This document shows, piece after piece, positions 23,171 through 36,550 of a DNA stretch of 64,000 bases. The notes below the pieces were generated by a model. The model had not been told where the DNA came from and made no database searches. It saw only the letters and a program-made list of their open reading frames with translations. Each line of letters begins with the position of its first letter. Position 1 is the stretch's first letter. The position numbers and the translations under genes are program-made. The stretch is taken from contig OZ037770.1 in the NCBI GenBank assembly GCA_964035545.1, positions 5,590,729-5,654,728 on the forward strand. Direction: 5' to 3'. The stretch comes from Bugula neritina (Eukaryota > Animalia > Bryozoa).

Positions 23171-26100
23171 TTATATTGCCCCACCTATTGATGAGTCAGA
23201 TTTCATGGTAAATCAGCTGTTGTGACATAAGCCTATGCTAACACTCTGGTAGCTGCTATGTGTTGACATGAAGCAGGGGTTACAACATGAACTGCTGTGA
23301 TGCACTCAAGTTTCAGCTAAATTAGCCTTCATCCAGCTAGTTGCATAGATTAGGAGATTCAGGTGGTCATTGTCAACTTGGGTGGTGCATACCAATTACT
23401 ATTCCTGTGGGTTAGTGTTATGTAATGATTCAAGCACCAGGTGAATACCCAATGCCCATTTCTACATAGGAATTTCAACCCTTTCTATTTAAGGTTTGCG
23501 AGTTTTAGTGACTTTTGTGAATATTGGTTTCAGTTATCTTTTAGAAAATGCAAAACTATGTACAAATAACTGTAGGTCTAAAAGTTAAATTCAGAGTGAG
23601 AAGAATATATCCCAATTAATTATACACTAACTAGTTCAGATAAATTCAATTGGATCTGGTAATCACCTACAGATCACATTACAAAGTGCTCATGTATTAC
23701 AAGTAGCTAAAAAAAATTTTAGTTGTACTAAAATGGTAAAAGAGACTCAACAACAAATGCAATCTTTGACTACAGAGCGACAGTTATACATGGAAAATTT
23801 TGATTTTGAAAGACAAAAATAGTAATGTAATGTTGAATTCTTAGTAGTAATAGGTACTGCTTCAAAACTATTTAACGTTTAAGTCTACTGTTGGTTTAAT
23901 AGCAACCTTTGAGCTCCATTGATTGCTATTAATGTTTCCCATCTGGGAATAATTTGCAACTATTTAAATTTAGTGCAGATTAGTTTTATCAATTTTCTTT
24001 TTGAAAAGTTCAAAAGAAAATTACACCAAAACAACATTGTTTATATGATCATCAAATTGAAACTGATTATACTCTATCGTATACGTTGCATTTTAAACTA
24101 GTGAGGAAATAAATTAATAGTCTATAGTTATTCCAGTGTGTTACATAGTGGAGAGATTTCAATAGCCTAAGTTCTTTAATTTTCTTTAAAAAATTTAGTT
24201 TGGGGCGTGGGTTGATATTCTCACAAGAACATAGCTTATTTTGCTACATTTCTAATCTAGAACACATGATTTTCCAAATCCCTCTATTGATGCACCTATA
24301 CCACATTACTAAGGCCACTTGAAATACAATGCTATTAATTGTTACACAGTAACATAAATATAATTTCATATTATTTTGTTGATTAAACATCTTCTAAAGT
24401 GACAATATATCCACTTAAATATCTTGCAGATGAAATATACAATGAATGTATTGGGAGATGTTTCAACATATAAGAAGATTTTAAAGTCGAGAAACCTTTT
24501 CATATTATTGTGTAGGTTCAACCTTGCATGTGGCTGTCTAGCTTTTAGCAGGTGAAACTGCTAAGAAATGAGATCTTTAAAAGTGCAGCAGCAAAAACAT
24601 GTCCTTAAAGAGTAATTACCCACTGCAGTTATGAAGTTGTACTGATTTATATTCATTGGAATATATTATTCGAATTTGCGTATGAGTCTAGTGGTTTTTG
24701 TGTAGTCTGTAGTATATTAAGTAGTATACTTTAGGTAGTGTAGTTTATTGTATATTATGTAGTAGGCCTACATTGCATTCTGTGTAGTCTATTGTAATCT
24801 GTGTAATATACTGTGGGCTGCCTGAGGGGAGTTAGCTGTTGATTGAATTTCCCAGCCAAATCTTTTGGAAGTATTTCTAAATATCAAGCTGTGCTAAATA
24901 CAGGTACTGAGGGAACCCTTTGCGATCATTTACATGAAGCTAGGAATAATATAATACTTCGCCTACTGACTAACACACAGTTCATGATCTTCAATACTAT
25001 AGAGAATTATAGATGAAAAACCACTAAATAGCAAGCTGATTGTTGCGACAAACTACATATGCATAGCTTGTATTCCACTAGCCTGCTTTGTATGCTGAAG
25101 TAGTTGGTGTTTTGTACTGCTAAAACAATGGAAGAGAGAATGGAGATGCAGTAGGATATCATTTAGGCAGATCTCTTTGTTTGATTGTCTGATATTTATC
25201 TTTCTTGTGGAGCAAATCTGAGATATTCCATAGCAACTGTCTCACTAACTATACTCTACCTGTATACTCCCTACCTGTACATGTACTTTCTACCTGCATA
25301 CCCTCTTTACATGTATATTCTACCTGTATGCTATATTTACCTGTATACTCTCTATACTGAAAGGTGTTAACCTTTAGATACCTGTTGCAGTATTTAGTTT
25401 AATCATATGCAGCACATATGTCATACATATTACATAATATTTTGATTCTAGTTTGAACTACTGGCAGTCAGATTATGAAATGTTGATGACATTTTGGTAA
25501 TGAATTCACAAGTATCATGCAAACATCTATTAAATGAGAAAACTAGTGCATGCTTTCTTTTATTAACCATAATCTTGCTTATCTATTAAGCAGCTATTAT
25601 CAATTAGACTCGTGATAATAAAACTTGCATAAAGCTAAATTTCTGAAAACTTTAGTTAAATAGGTCTACAGTTTTAATTAATTAACCACAATTGTTAATA
25701 TATATTACTTTAAATATTTACACTGCGTTATAATTATGTTTTCATTTATTAAAATGGTTGCCAACATTGTGTGAATCTTTTTTAGAATACCTTTAGCCTA
25801 AAATGTTGTATTTCTGCTGAAACTGGTTTCTAAGGAAACTGTTGTTCCATACTTAATATTCAGTTAGAATTTTATTCAATCAGGAGTGCAAGTATATCGA
25901 TATATTCAGTAAGCAGTAGTTTAGGGAGATGGTGTCAAGTGTGTTATTATAATATAATATTCTGTCACCATAGCAGCAACAGAGGCACAAGTTGAAATGG
26001 AAATGAAGCAAATCCCTCTCCATTAATATACAGGAGTCAGAAGATAATAATGAGTGCAGACTGCTTACTAACAGAAAACAAAAGTCACTAAGTGCAAGTT

Positions 26101-27252
26101 GCCAGATCAAAACTACATTCTGATAGCACACCCACTACCACCTGTAGCTGCATGCATCAATACAAGTTAGGAATATATTATCATTCAACAACCTTTGATG
26201 TAATCCAAGAACAAACAATAGAAAAGGAAATATTTGGACTTCTCAAACCTAAAACTCACTATATAGTGGAATTCTGACAAGAATTTTAGCTAAACCATAG
26301 GTTAAACATGAAATTGAGCAAGTCCAAGCCTTTTTCATGACGTTGAACTATGTTTTAATGTTTTTAGGATTTCAAAAAGTTAAATAGTTGCATCGATTCA
26401 TAGACATAAACTTCTTTATAAAATCTACAGTAAAAAAATTAAAATAATTGGAGTAGCTAAAAGAAACGGGCTGCATCAAGGTTGTGTGTTCTAAATGAGA
26501 AATATCCCGAAAGCAGCTGTAATATTATGAATTGATGTTCAAACTGAACTCTAAACCACACATCACAAAAGCAATTAAAAGAATTAGGTTATTGAAACTA
26601 CTCAATTACTACACCTAGATACTTATTAAAATTTCCTATTCAGCTGAGTGAATCAGTGACTGTGAGTCTTCTTCATGACAGATAAAATACTTTAGTAAGT
26701 GTAGCAGCTAGTAAAATCTTTTTTTTCATTCAGGTTCATGATTAGTATTAGTGATAGTATTACTATAAAATTAAATTAATAACAAATACAATAAGTATAA
26801 CCAGACATTCAAATGAGCAACTTCATTTCAGATTTTTTAGCAATAACTTCAACTATAAGTAATACTATTAGGTTACATTAGTGATTCGATTTATTCTACT
26901 TATTTAAAAACGTGATGATGTTACATCAATAAAAAAACACTACTTTTAATTTAAGAATAATTATTATAAATTATAATAATTATGATAACAATAATCATGG
27001 AATTGATCACCTACAGACTACGATCAGTCCAACCTTCAAGACTAGACCAAAGCTCAAAACTTTAAAACTAAATCAAGTTCATGAATTATGAAAAAACAGA
27101 CTGAGAATTAAGTATAAACTATAATTAATAATAATAGTAATACTTTGTTCAACGAGTACGACTTTCAGTTATAACTGTTTACCATGGGCATAGCTACTAG
27201 AACTAATTACCTAATTTTATTTTCCTACAAAAATTAAAGTTTAAAAGCTTAC

Positions 27253-27720
27253 CATTTTGTAGTGTTGCACTTAGTTGATCAATAATAATCCTATAGAAAA
27301 AACACAAAAAATCCAGAATCCAATCGCGAAATCCTAGTCTTGTTGAAGTAAACAGTCTGAAACGTGGTGCAGTGCAATGAACCGTATTGATTATAGCTGG
27401 TCGTATGTTTACATTGGCAGTCGAGCAATCAAATACTTGTGCCCCAAAGACCTCTAATTGGCGTGAACAACATGTGGAGTGTGCTAATATTGGCTGGCAT
27501 ACAGCCCCGCGGAATACTTTATCCAATTATCTTCAGCCAATAATCTGTAACTCAGTAAGCGGAATATGATTTATTTTTCAGCCGGTAGTTTTGGTTACCA
27601 AATAAATATTCGAGGCGATGCAGAGGCACCCGGCTTGTTAGTAAAGTAGGATTTCGTTTTCAGTTACGCAGGTCGTGTGAGCTGCAGATAAAATCTGTCC
27701 AATCAAATCTCGCTAGAACT
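27253..27720 (-). promoter_or_regulatory. Probable SHANK promoter and first (largely non-coding) exon
   Basis: Locally CpG-rich stretch. Donor ATG|gtaagc at 27252. CCAAT at 27699-27703 and TCTCGCTAGA (one mismatch to TCTCGCGAGA) at 27708-27717. Confidence 0.45.
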
Positions 27721-28510
27721 GTGGGAATTAAAAAATGTAAACTAGCAATAATATTACTGAAAGTTATTGATTAATGGAAGAGATTAGGGCATGACCACAG
27801 CAATGTCATTAGGATGTGATGAAAATCGGTCGGTTAAATAAAAAGGTGCTTTATAACGGGATTATTATTAAAGGGAGCTGTATGCAGTTGACAATGGCAT
27901 ACTTTGTCTATATATATAGCATATGTTAGGTTGGGTAGACAACTCCGGAAAAGGCTTTTAATAATAGTTTTCTGGCAGCTTAAACGGTGACAACCCATTG
28001 CAAAAACCTTGTCAGCTGACATATTCAAGGATTTGCATTATAGTAGTTATAGTTTTATATTAAAAGTAAGAAGAAAGTACTGAACTATATTTGTTAAGAC
28101 AACTGACCAAGTTTTTAGTTCTTGCAGCTCTTGTTTAACATGAAGAACACGAACACGTACACACAAACTTTTTTATATTTATATTATATTTATAGAGTTA
28201 TAATCAATTACATATACCTGCATGTAATGCACCACTGACTATATTCCTAAAAACTTTCATTGTTGAAGAATTTAAAAATTAAAACTATTAGTGCGATAAC
28301 CGGATATAATATATAAAAAACAATGTTGTACATGCAGGCTATAATAATAGCGTATCAGCACCCAGATTTTGATACGTTGGCCAATGTTGAGAGAAGCATT
28401 GCATGGTGAAATTATAACTGCTTTGTGGTAAAGATATTTTCCAAAATTTGAGATGTTTACCTACTTAACATTGCTGGTTGGAGTGTAACACATGAATTGC
28501 TCTAATAAAT

Positions 28511-28837
28511 CAGGGGTGTCCAACCTTTTGGGTGTGAAGGTCACTATATGCAAAATTTAGGTTGAGCTGGGGGCCACGGCATCAGCATTTTTCAAACTAC
28601 TTTATTCAAAATTCCTATATTAGTCATTGCAAACTGAAGCCCCCAAAAACGCTGCAGGCTGCATGTTTTGTTGCATGCATGTATATTTATAAATGAGGCA
28701 TTGAAAAGATGGTTTTCCCACTGTGTGTGCGAAATAAGTTTATTTGTCATGCCTTTGATGGCCACATAAATATAGGCTGAGGAGTGAGGACCACATCCAG
28801 CCCTGGCCCCCCCCCCCCCCCCTGTTGGACAGCCCAA
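28511..28837. mobile_element. hAT (Charlie-like) non-autonomous element
   Basis: TIRs caggggtgtccaac / gttggacagccc. Flanks ctctaa(taa)at and ctctaaat resemble an 8-bp TSD. Confidence 0.75.
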
Positions 28838-29343
28838 CTCTAAATAGTCTCAAATAGCACCTATATATTGCATCAAAGAGTATATAGCTTGTTTTTATTT
28901 AGGTGCATGCAGTAGCAATTAGGGATTCCATTAATCTCAGTTCTTTATAATATACTAGTATATCTTTCTGTATGCTTAGAGTTTTAGTTGACCTAGCTTC
29001 TATAGCTCCTGTTTTCTGACATAGTTCAACCTGTAGGTCCCAGAATTTAGTATAATTTTTCTTTATTTCCATATTACATGCAGCACCATGCAATACTTCT
29101 TTTTTCACCTTCAAAATAATTTATAATGTTGAAAATAGAATATATATGTTGCCAGTCAATGCCACCTGGTGAGATCTCTACAATATAATACTATTTTGTC
29201 ACCTTATATATTGCAAGCTTGCGGCACTATAAGCCAGCAAGTTTGTATAATCTGATGATGATTGGGGCTCTAAATCACTGTTTCAACACATAAAATTTGC
29301 AAATGCCTTAAAAAAATTCTAAATGTAAGAAAAACCATTGATC

Positions 29344-29626
29344 TTTTCATTAATAACTTTCTGAGTCAATGGCCCTCTGGAAGATAATGAACCATGTGCA
29401 TCAAATATAGAGGGGCATGGGGCAGAGATAGCTTCTTGCGACATCCTGTAAATACTTTAAATGAGCTTCTATTTTAAAAAATCCAACAGAGTTTTGACTT
29501 ATCTTTTGCTTTCATTTTTGTTCATGCCTACTTATATTATAACTAGTTTTTATAACACTGAATTTCATAACGTGTTGTCATGTCTATGTCATGTCTGTGA
29601 TATGCAACCAACCAACCAATCAATCA
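29344..29626 (+). mobile_element. 5'-truncated copy of the same LINE family
   Basis: Near-identical to 34238-34490 (ttcat.aataactttctgagtcaatg...ggggcatggggcagagatagcttcttgcgacatc...gagcttctattttaa). Ends in a (CAAC/CAAT)n tail. Confidence 0.9.
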
Positions 29627-31385
29627 GTATATTATATGACTCAGGATCTTTAAATACCTGCATGAGTGTTCAATCTTGACAAAATCTAACTCATTTCTCT
29701 GCCACGAATAATTGATCGATTTATTCAGACTTATTTTAAAAATATATCTTTATCATATTGCAACACAATGCACTAGGTGCATGCTCAGTTTTATTCCAGA
29801 GTTTATTATACTAAACTATAAACTTTATATAATATAATATTATTATAATCACTTAACTTGTTGCTATATAGCAATGAAAATTATCTCTAATTTGTAAATT
29901 ATTTCAAAATGTATTTTTGTTGATGCTATTCCATACATATAAAGCAGAAATACTAATATAATTATTATCCCCGAGTACCCAACAACTCTTTGTGAGGGCA
30001 CAACTCCCAGTACATCAGTATACCAGAGGCAAACATTGAGTAGCATTCTTGCAACTGGTTTTACTCCCTTACTTATACTAAAGCTTAATTATTTCCTTAA
30101 ATGTACTCATGCCTGGCAGCAGAAATGTTCTCTCACCAATAATAATATCTCCTTAATGCATCACAACTTCCATGGAGATTTGCTGTTGAGATGATTTCAA
30201 TGCCATTGGAATTATTATGAGATTGATAGCCTAATTTTAATAATAAAACACAGCATAAAACAAGAACTAAGCATGGAACAAAACAAATTGAATCAAATTT
30301 CCTTGAAATTAAAACATTATCTTGAATAAAATAATAACGCGAATGTAGATATTCAATTTATGAGCTACAAAATATTAGCATTCTGATGCGCAAAGCTTTT
30401 AACATAGCATTAACTCTATTTATCCTTAAAACTACACATTAGCGTACCTCAACTTTTGCTGCAAACTAAAAATCATCCACCCAAAATACTTTAAAGAATG
30501 AAAGGATAATAAGAATATGGTAATCTACTATTATACAGACTGCATATCGCAACTCAAAGCGTAAATACGACTAGAAACTAGGTTTCAGTCCAGATAGATG
30601 ACATCCAGTTGGATGGCCAATAATTAATATATCATTTTACTTAGACAACTCTAAACTTAGCAACTTCCATCTAAACGACTTTATTTAAAAACATTAGAAA
30701 TTGAAAAAAATCATATTATATTTGATACTAAAAATTGCATTTATTTTGACTTCATGTGAATCTATGTGCACATGCAGGTAGGTTATAGATGTAGTAATGG
30801 AGAAATTAAGAGAAGCCTCTGTTCTAGGTCAGAAATGTAGCATAAGGAGTTATATTCTCCTGAGACTTTCAACCAGTGTATAATAGTCTCTCAATAGTAT
30901 AATGTATAATGATCGAATATCATGACTATTCATTAGTAACAACAGCAGAGTGTTTTGTATGATGCATAAAATGGCAAAGCTATAAACTCACCAGATGTAT
31001 ATATGGGGGGGGGTTCATCCCACTTAGATGATATTTATAGGTTTTATTGTAATATATGTGTTTTATGCTATTATTCAGCACATAATAGAAAGCAAAGAAG
31101 CCACCAGCAAGCCACTTACAGTAACAATGCTTCTATAAGTAGCTATCTTATAAGCGCGAATCCTAAACTTTTAGGTAAACGATAAACAAAATATAATAAG
31201 AAAAAGTTGTAATATAGCAGCATGTGATATACCATGATATGCATTTGTGCATTTTGTTCTGTTATTCTAAATAAAATAGACTATAGCTAAATTAGTATGG
31301 AGTTAAAGCAAATAGCTGGCTTGGTAGCTTTTTCCATGTTTAGCTGTAAATGCAACAGTTATATTTGTATATTACTATATATATT

Positions 31386-34300
31386 GTACCAGTTTGGCAG
31401 TTGGCTCTCGCAGAGGGAGGTTGTGTTTTCAATGCTCTCTGTATTCTAGTACTTAGTTTTAATGCTTTTACTGTTGACATTGTGGCGCAGTTATTGCAGC
31501 CTTTGTTTATGCTGGCTTATAATCACCCTCATTTACAAGCCAAGAGGAGTGAAAGGCCTTGAACATATTATTATGGATTATCAAGCTCTGTTGGATATTA
31601 AAAGCTCTATGACTCGACATCAGCTGAAAGATATTTGGAACACTAACTACAAACACGCAGTAAAGGATATTGATCCGAGACTTCTTCGATCTAGAAAGAG
31701 GGGCAAGCGTGGCGGAGTTAGAGTCAACCACAGTACTAAAACTGGTAAAGTACCATTACCTGCAGTTGTGCTCACTAATGCACAATCTGTAAGAAATAAA
31801 CTCGACGAACTCCATGGTCTCCTTAAAACTAAAAGACTTAGTAACCAATCTCAGCTTATTTGTATAACGGAATCCTGGCTTACTCCAGATGTGCTACATT
31901 CAAGAACTGAGCTTGAAGGTTATGAGCAGTTCCGTATGGACAGACTTCCAGATGCTAGCGGTAAAACCTGTGGAGGAGGCATTCTAGTCTATATTGACAA
32001 CAAATGGTCAACAAATAACAATCTTATATTCAGCTATATGGACAATCACTGTGAAATTATGACAATTAAATCAAGACCTCACTGGCTTCCAAGAGAGTTT
32101 ACTTCAATTATCACTGTTTCATGCTATACTCCCTTCACCGGTGCTTCTAGACTAAAGCAAAATGCTTCATCCACAGCTAAAACAATATCAACACATGTTA
32201 AAGAACTAGAAAAAAAGCACCCTGATTCTTGCATTTTTGTAATGGGGGACTTTAATCAGCTTCCGATTAAACTTGATGGATACTATCAAACAGTCAAAAC
32301 ACCTACCCGCAACAATAAAATTCTTGATAAATGCTATATCAGAATCAAAGATGCCTTCAAACAATGCCATCAACTTGCAAAGCTTGGTGGGTCAGATCAC
32401 TTTATAACACATCTCATACCAACCTACACACCATTATCTAAATACAAACCAACTCGAGTCACCAGACGTATATATTCTGAAGAGAACTGTGAAAAGCTGA
32501 AAGCAGCATTGGACATTACTATCTGGAATAATCTGCTCTCTGATGATGATAACATCCATCAACAAACTGAAATTGTAACAGACTATATAAACTTCTGCAC
32601 AGATATCTGCATACCTTCGAAAAGCTTCAGAACATGTACCAATCAGAAACCTTGGATTACTAAACATATTACAGAAATGATCTATCAAAAACAAGTAGCC
32701 CACAAAGATGGAAACCATAAACTATATAATAAGCTCAAACGTGACATCACCAGATCTATAACCAACAGCAAAGTTAATTACTCTAAGAAAATTCAACTAC
32801 AATTAGCAAATCAACCAGCCAAAGCATGGATTGATATAAAGAAAATAAGTGGTCTACCACACAGCAAGACAACTACTGCTAAAGCTAACCCATTTACACC
32901 TGATGACCTAAATACCTTCTTCACCCGATATGAAAAGCCTATATCTCATCAGCCTGTTTTTGATAGAAACATTATCAGTGCACCTCCATTGGAAATATCA
33001 GAAGACGCTGTTCTCAAACAGCTAAAGGGACTAAACTCACGAAAAGGTGCAGGTCCTGATGGTCTCATTCCGAAAGTTTTAAAAATCTGCTGCTATCAAC
33101 TAGCACCTGTCTTTACAAAACTGTTTACTTTCTCCATCCAATCTAAGACAACTCCAAATTCATGGAAATCTGCAATGATCAAGCCACTTCCTAAAGTCAA
33201 AAATCCTGAACTACTTAAACAATATCGTCCAATTGCTCTCACAAGCTGTATATGCAAAATGCTGGAAAGGCTCATCAAACACTACATTATAACTCATACA
33301 CCTATGGACAAATATCAGTTCGCATATCGTACAAATCGGTCTACACAAGATGCCCTGTTATGTCTAACTACTACTGTGACAAGTTTCATTGATAAGAAAG
33401 CATCCAATTACGCAAGGTGCCTCTTTCTAGACTTCTCTTCTGCATTCAATACTATATCTATTCCAGACCTCATTACGCAACTAACTCATCTTGACTCCAA
33501 TGTTACTGAGTGGATTTACAGCTTTCTTACAAACAGAGTACAGCGCACAGTAGTGGATGGCATAACATCAAATCCAATCATAACTAACACAGGAACTCCC
33601 CAAGGGTGCTGTTTATCTCCACTATTGTTTTCTATCTACACTAATAGGATTACCTCAAGCCAGAGCAACATCACTGTAGTTAAATATGCAGATGACACTT
33701 GCATTATTGGCTGCATTGGCAAACACTCTGATCTAAATATTTACTTTGACGAGATTAAAAGAATTTCTAAGCAATGTGACGATTTAAATCTATTATTAAA
33801 CCCTAGCAAGACCCAAGAAATGATGTTCTCAACCCAACGTGCGAAACCTCATACCCCTACTCTTGTATTGAATGAAACAAACATTGTATTGTCTGAAAAA
33901 GTGAGATATCTTGGTGTGTTAGTGGATCAAAATTTGAGATTTCATGAACATGTACAATCAGTAGTAACAACAGTATCAAGAAGAATGTATATTGTGAAGA
34001 ATTTTGCGAATCATAGCTCTAAACCTCTAGCAAATATGTTATTCAAAAGTTTCATCATGTCCCGCATCGCCTATTGTCTACCTACTATTTTTACTTGTAT
34101 CTATGCCAGTGATAAAAAGGCTATTCGAAGAATTCTCAAAGATTGCTCAAAACTCGGAATTGAGTATCTAAACATTGATTTGCACATTCAGAAACTCACT
34201 AAAGAACTTGCCATCAAATATATAATAGACAATGACCATTTCATCAATAACTTTCTGAGTCAATGCCCTTCTGGAAGATATCGAACCATCAAATATAGAG

Positions 34301-34500
34301 GGGCATGGGGCAGAGATAGCTTCTTGCGACATCTTGTAAATACTTTAAATGAGCTTCTATTTTAAATAATCCAACAGAGTTTTGATTTTTTTCTCTTATT
34401 TTTGTTCATTCCTACTTATTATAGCCAGTATTTACACTGAATTTTGCAACGTGTTGTCATGTTCGTGATATGTAATAAATCAATCAATCAAAAATAAAAA
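31386..34500 (+). mobile_element. Non-LTR retrotransposon (LINE), Rex1/Babar-like, apparently full length
   Basis: Single long ORF with APE endonuclease and RT, short 3' UTR, AATAAA followed by a (TCAA)n/A-rich tail. The N-terminal LLDIK...RKRGKRGG...PLP.V.L.N.QS..NKLDEL signature is typical of Rex1/Babar. The 5' boundary is approximate. Confidence 0.88.
31462..34365 (+). CDS. LINE endonuclease/reverse transcriptase polyprotein (967 aa, uninterrupted)
   Basis: APE motifs LTNAQS, ICITESWL, GGGILVYI, MGDFN, LDKCY, SDH. RT motifs YRPIALTS, QFAYR, LDFSSAFNTI, GTPQGCCLSPLLF, KYADD. Confidence 0.95.
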   Translation: MLLLLTLWRSYCSLCLCWLIITLIYKPRGVKGLEHIIMDYQALLDIKSSMTRHQLKDIWNTNYKHAVKDIDPRLLRSRKRGKRGGVRVNHSTKTGKVPLPAVVLTNAQSVRNKLDELHGLLKTKRLSNQSQLICITESWLTPDVLHSRTELEGYEQFRMDRLPDASGKTCGGGILVYIDNKWSTNNNLIFSYMDNHCEIMTIKSRPHWLPREFTSIITVSCYTPFTGASRLKQNASSTAKTISTHVKELEKKHPDSCIFVMGDFNQLPIKLDGYYQTVKTPTRNNKILDKCYIRIKDAFKQCHQLAKLGGSDHFITHLIPTYTPLSKYKPTRVTRRIYSEENCEKLKAALDITIWNNLLSDDDNIHQQTEIVTDYINFCTDICIPSKSFRTCTNQKPWITKHITEMIYQKQVAHKDGNHKLYNKLKRDITRSITNSKVNYSKKIQLQLANQPAKAWIDIKKISGLPHSKTTTAKANPFTPDDLNTFFTRYEKPISHQPVFDRNIISAPPLEISEDAVLKQLKGLNSRKGAGPDGLIPKVLKICCYQLAPVFTKLFTFSIQSKTTPNSWKSAMIKPLPKVKNPELLKQYRPIALTSCICKMLERLIKHYIITHTPMDKYQFAYRTNRSTQDALLCLTTTVTSFIDKKASNYARCLFLDFSSAFNTISIPDLITQLTHLDSNVTEWIYSFLTNRVQRTVVDGITSNPIITNTGTPQGCCLSPLLFSIYTNRITSSQSNITVVKYADDTCIIGCIGKHSDLNIYFDEIKRISKQCDDLNLLLNPSKTQEMMFSTQRAKPHTPTLVLNETNIVLSEKVRYLGVLVDQNLRFHEHVQSVVTTVSRRMYIVKNFANHSSKPLANMLFKSFIMSRIAYCLPTIFTCIYASDKKAIRRILKDCSKLGIEYLNIDLHIQKLTKELAIKYIIDNDHFINNFLSQCPSGRYRTIKYRGAWGRDSFLRHLVNTLNELLF

Positions 34501-35079
34501 ATAATATAACTGGGAATTGTCTAAGTGGGATGAAACCATTGAAGGAGCTTCACCAATTGTAGTTTGTTAATCTTACCATGATGTCTTTGATATTTTACAA
34601 AAAAGTCAGAGATGGCTATATCTATAGATTTCATAAACATTTAACTAAATTTTCAGGCAAACAAACTAATAACGGTCATCAGGATGAAATGGTCAGGTGG
34701 CCCATTGTGCCCCATGTAGCCAAGTTAAAAACTAATGTGGCTCAAGTAAAATTTATTTTAGAGTTTGCTATTATACTATAGTTAAGCAATGTAAACAGGC
34801 AATGGCATCAACATTAGTAAAATCTAAGCTTGCTACCTTTGAGTGTAAAAAAGTTTTAAAGCTTTAACCACATCTTAAAAAATTTACAAAAAATAGGTAA
34901 AAACAGGTTTTGACTTGCCTTTTCAACATGTATGCTTCGCAAGTGTTGAAACTACAATGGCTGAATAATTATGTCAATAGCTTTATGTAATAAAAGTCAC
35001 AACTTCAAGTCAAAAAATTCTTTAACAATTTGACCGTCTTTTTTGTTCTTTCATGCATAACTGTTGTGCCCTATATTAA

Positions 35080-35296
35080 GTAGCAGCCTTGGTCTAGGTG
35101 CTAAAGCATTTGCTTAGAAAACACGATGCCATGGGTTCAAGCTTGGACAAATGCCATTGGTGATGTTAGGAAGAGCATTCATGCAGTCATAATTGCACCT
35201 AGGTGCCTCATTTAAATATGTCCTCAGCTGACTTTAACAAAAACCCTTTCCATCAGAGGTTTCTCATAGGAATAGCGTTTATAAACTTGCGTGAGT
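35080..35296 (+). mobile_element. tRNA-derived SINE, same family
   Basis: gtagcagccttggtctaggtg...gggttcaagc...ggtgatgttaggaagagcatt...ataaacttgcgtgag. Confidence 0.88.
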
Positions 35297-36330
35297 TTTT
35301 TTTTATTATATACATAATATATTATTTGTCATACCAATATTTGGATTTTGGCTAAATATGGACATTTTTATAAGTTGAACTCATTTTATATTTTTTTCGT
35401 TATAAACACGATTTGTTAAAGAAGGAGGGAGGGGGGGGGGGGGGGTTAAGGAGAGCAGAATATACAATAATGTTTTACAGCAATTCACAAGAATAGAACA
35501 AAGTAAACTTTTAATTTATTTGTATTTTTATCTTATTTTAAAAATAATATAGCTACTAAATCTGGAATAGTCTTTTCAGATATTTTGCCCAAAGTATAGC
35601 TTTATTTCCTCCAGGTAGCTAACAGCCAACTTTACAACAGCTGAAGGGTGATTTTTGAATACAAAAAGCTATCAAATGTATTTAATGTTTATTCTCTACT
35701 TTTTACAACCTAAAGTATAAAACTTTGCTTCAATTTAAAGTAGTTCCAATTTAGCTGCTCGTCCAAGTGAACGCAACTGCCTTGCACTCTATACATATAG
35801 CTTATTTTAACACATATTTTAGTTATAAAACCTTTGCTTTTTATTGAGTAAGAAGTGTGACTGGGTGAAACAGTTTGGTGCCAATGGTAAGTGATAACAC
35901 ATATCTTATTTTCTGCAGCACAGGCTAGTAAATATGCATGAACGCTGTATGAGTTAGGCTATCATGGAAGTAGTGTTAGCTACCAAACAGTCCTAATCTG
36001 CAATTGCCCAAGTTTATATTAACTTATTTTCGACCCGGTCGAGCTCACACCCAACTGGGCCGTATCATTTGTGAAATGTCATTTTTAGAAATGTCTTTTC
36101 TAAAATTCAATTTATTAATTATCGATTTGGGAATTGTCAATTTGGGAATTGTCTTTTTCGAAATAGGTGTTTTTGAATTGTCATTTGTGAAATGTCTCGG
36201 ATTCTAACTCATCACCTTATAGCAGGTTAACTTAATTTATATACTGTTACATAATGAAGTTTGACTTATTAGAGCTATAAGTGATATAACTGGCATTGAC
36301 CTACACAGCAATAAGCCATAGGTTGTGATA

Positions 36331-36550
36331 CCTGCACTCCCCTGCACTCCCCTGCACTCCCCTGCACTCCCCTGCACTCTCCTGCAAGCCCCTGCATGCT
36401 CCTGCAAGCCCCTGCATGCTCCTGCAAGCCCCTGCATGCTCCTGCACTCCCCTGCATTCTCCCTGCATGCATGTCCCTGCAATCCCCTGCAATCCCCTGC
36501 AATCCCCTGCTCTTCCCTGCACTCCCCTGCACTCCCCTGCACTCCCCTGC
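36331..36550. repeat. (CCTGCACTCC)n-type 10-bp tandem repeat
   Basis: Direct reading. It explains the cluster of overlapping ORFs at 36237-36635. Confidence 0.92.

Noticed and set aside
31386-31460. HDV-like ribozyme at the LINE 5' end
   Set aside because: I could not build the P1/P1.1/P2/P3 nested pseudoknot or find the conserved L3 and catalytic C context.
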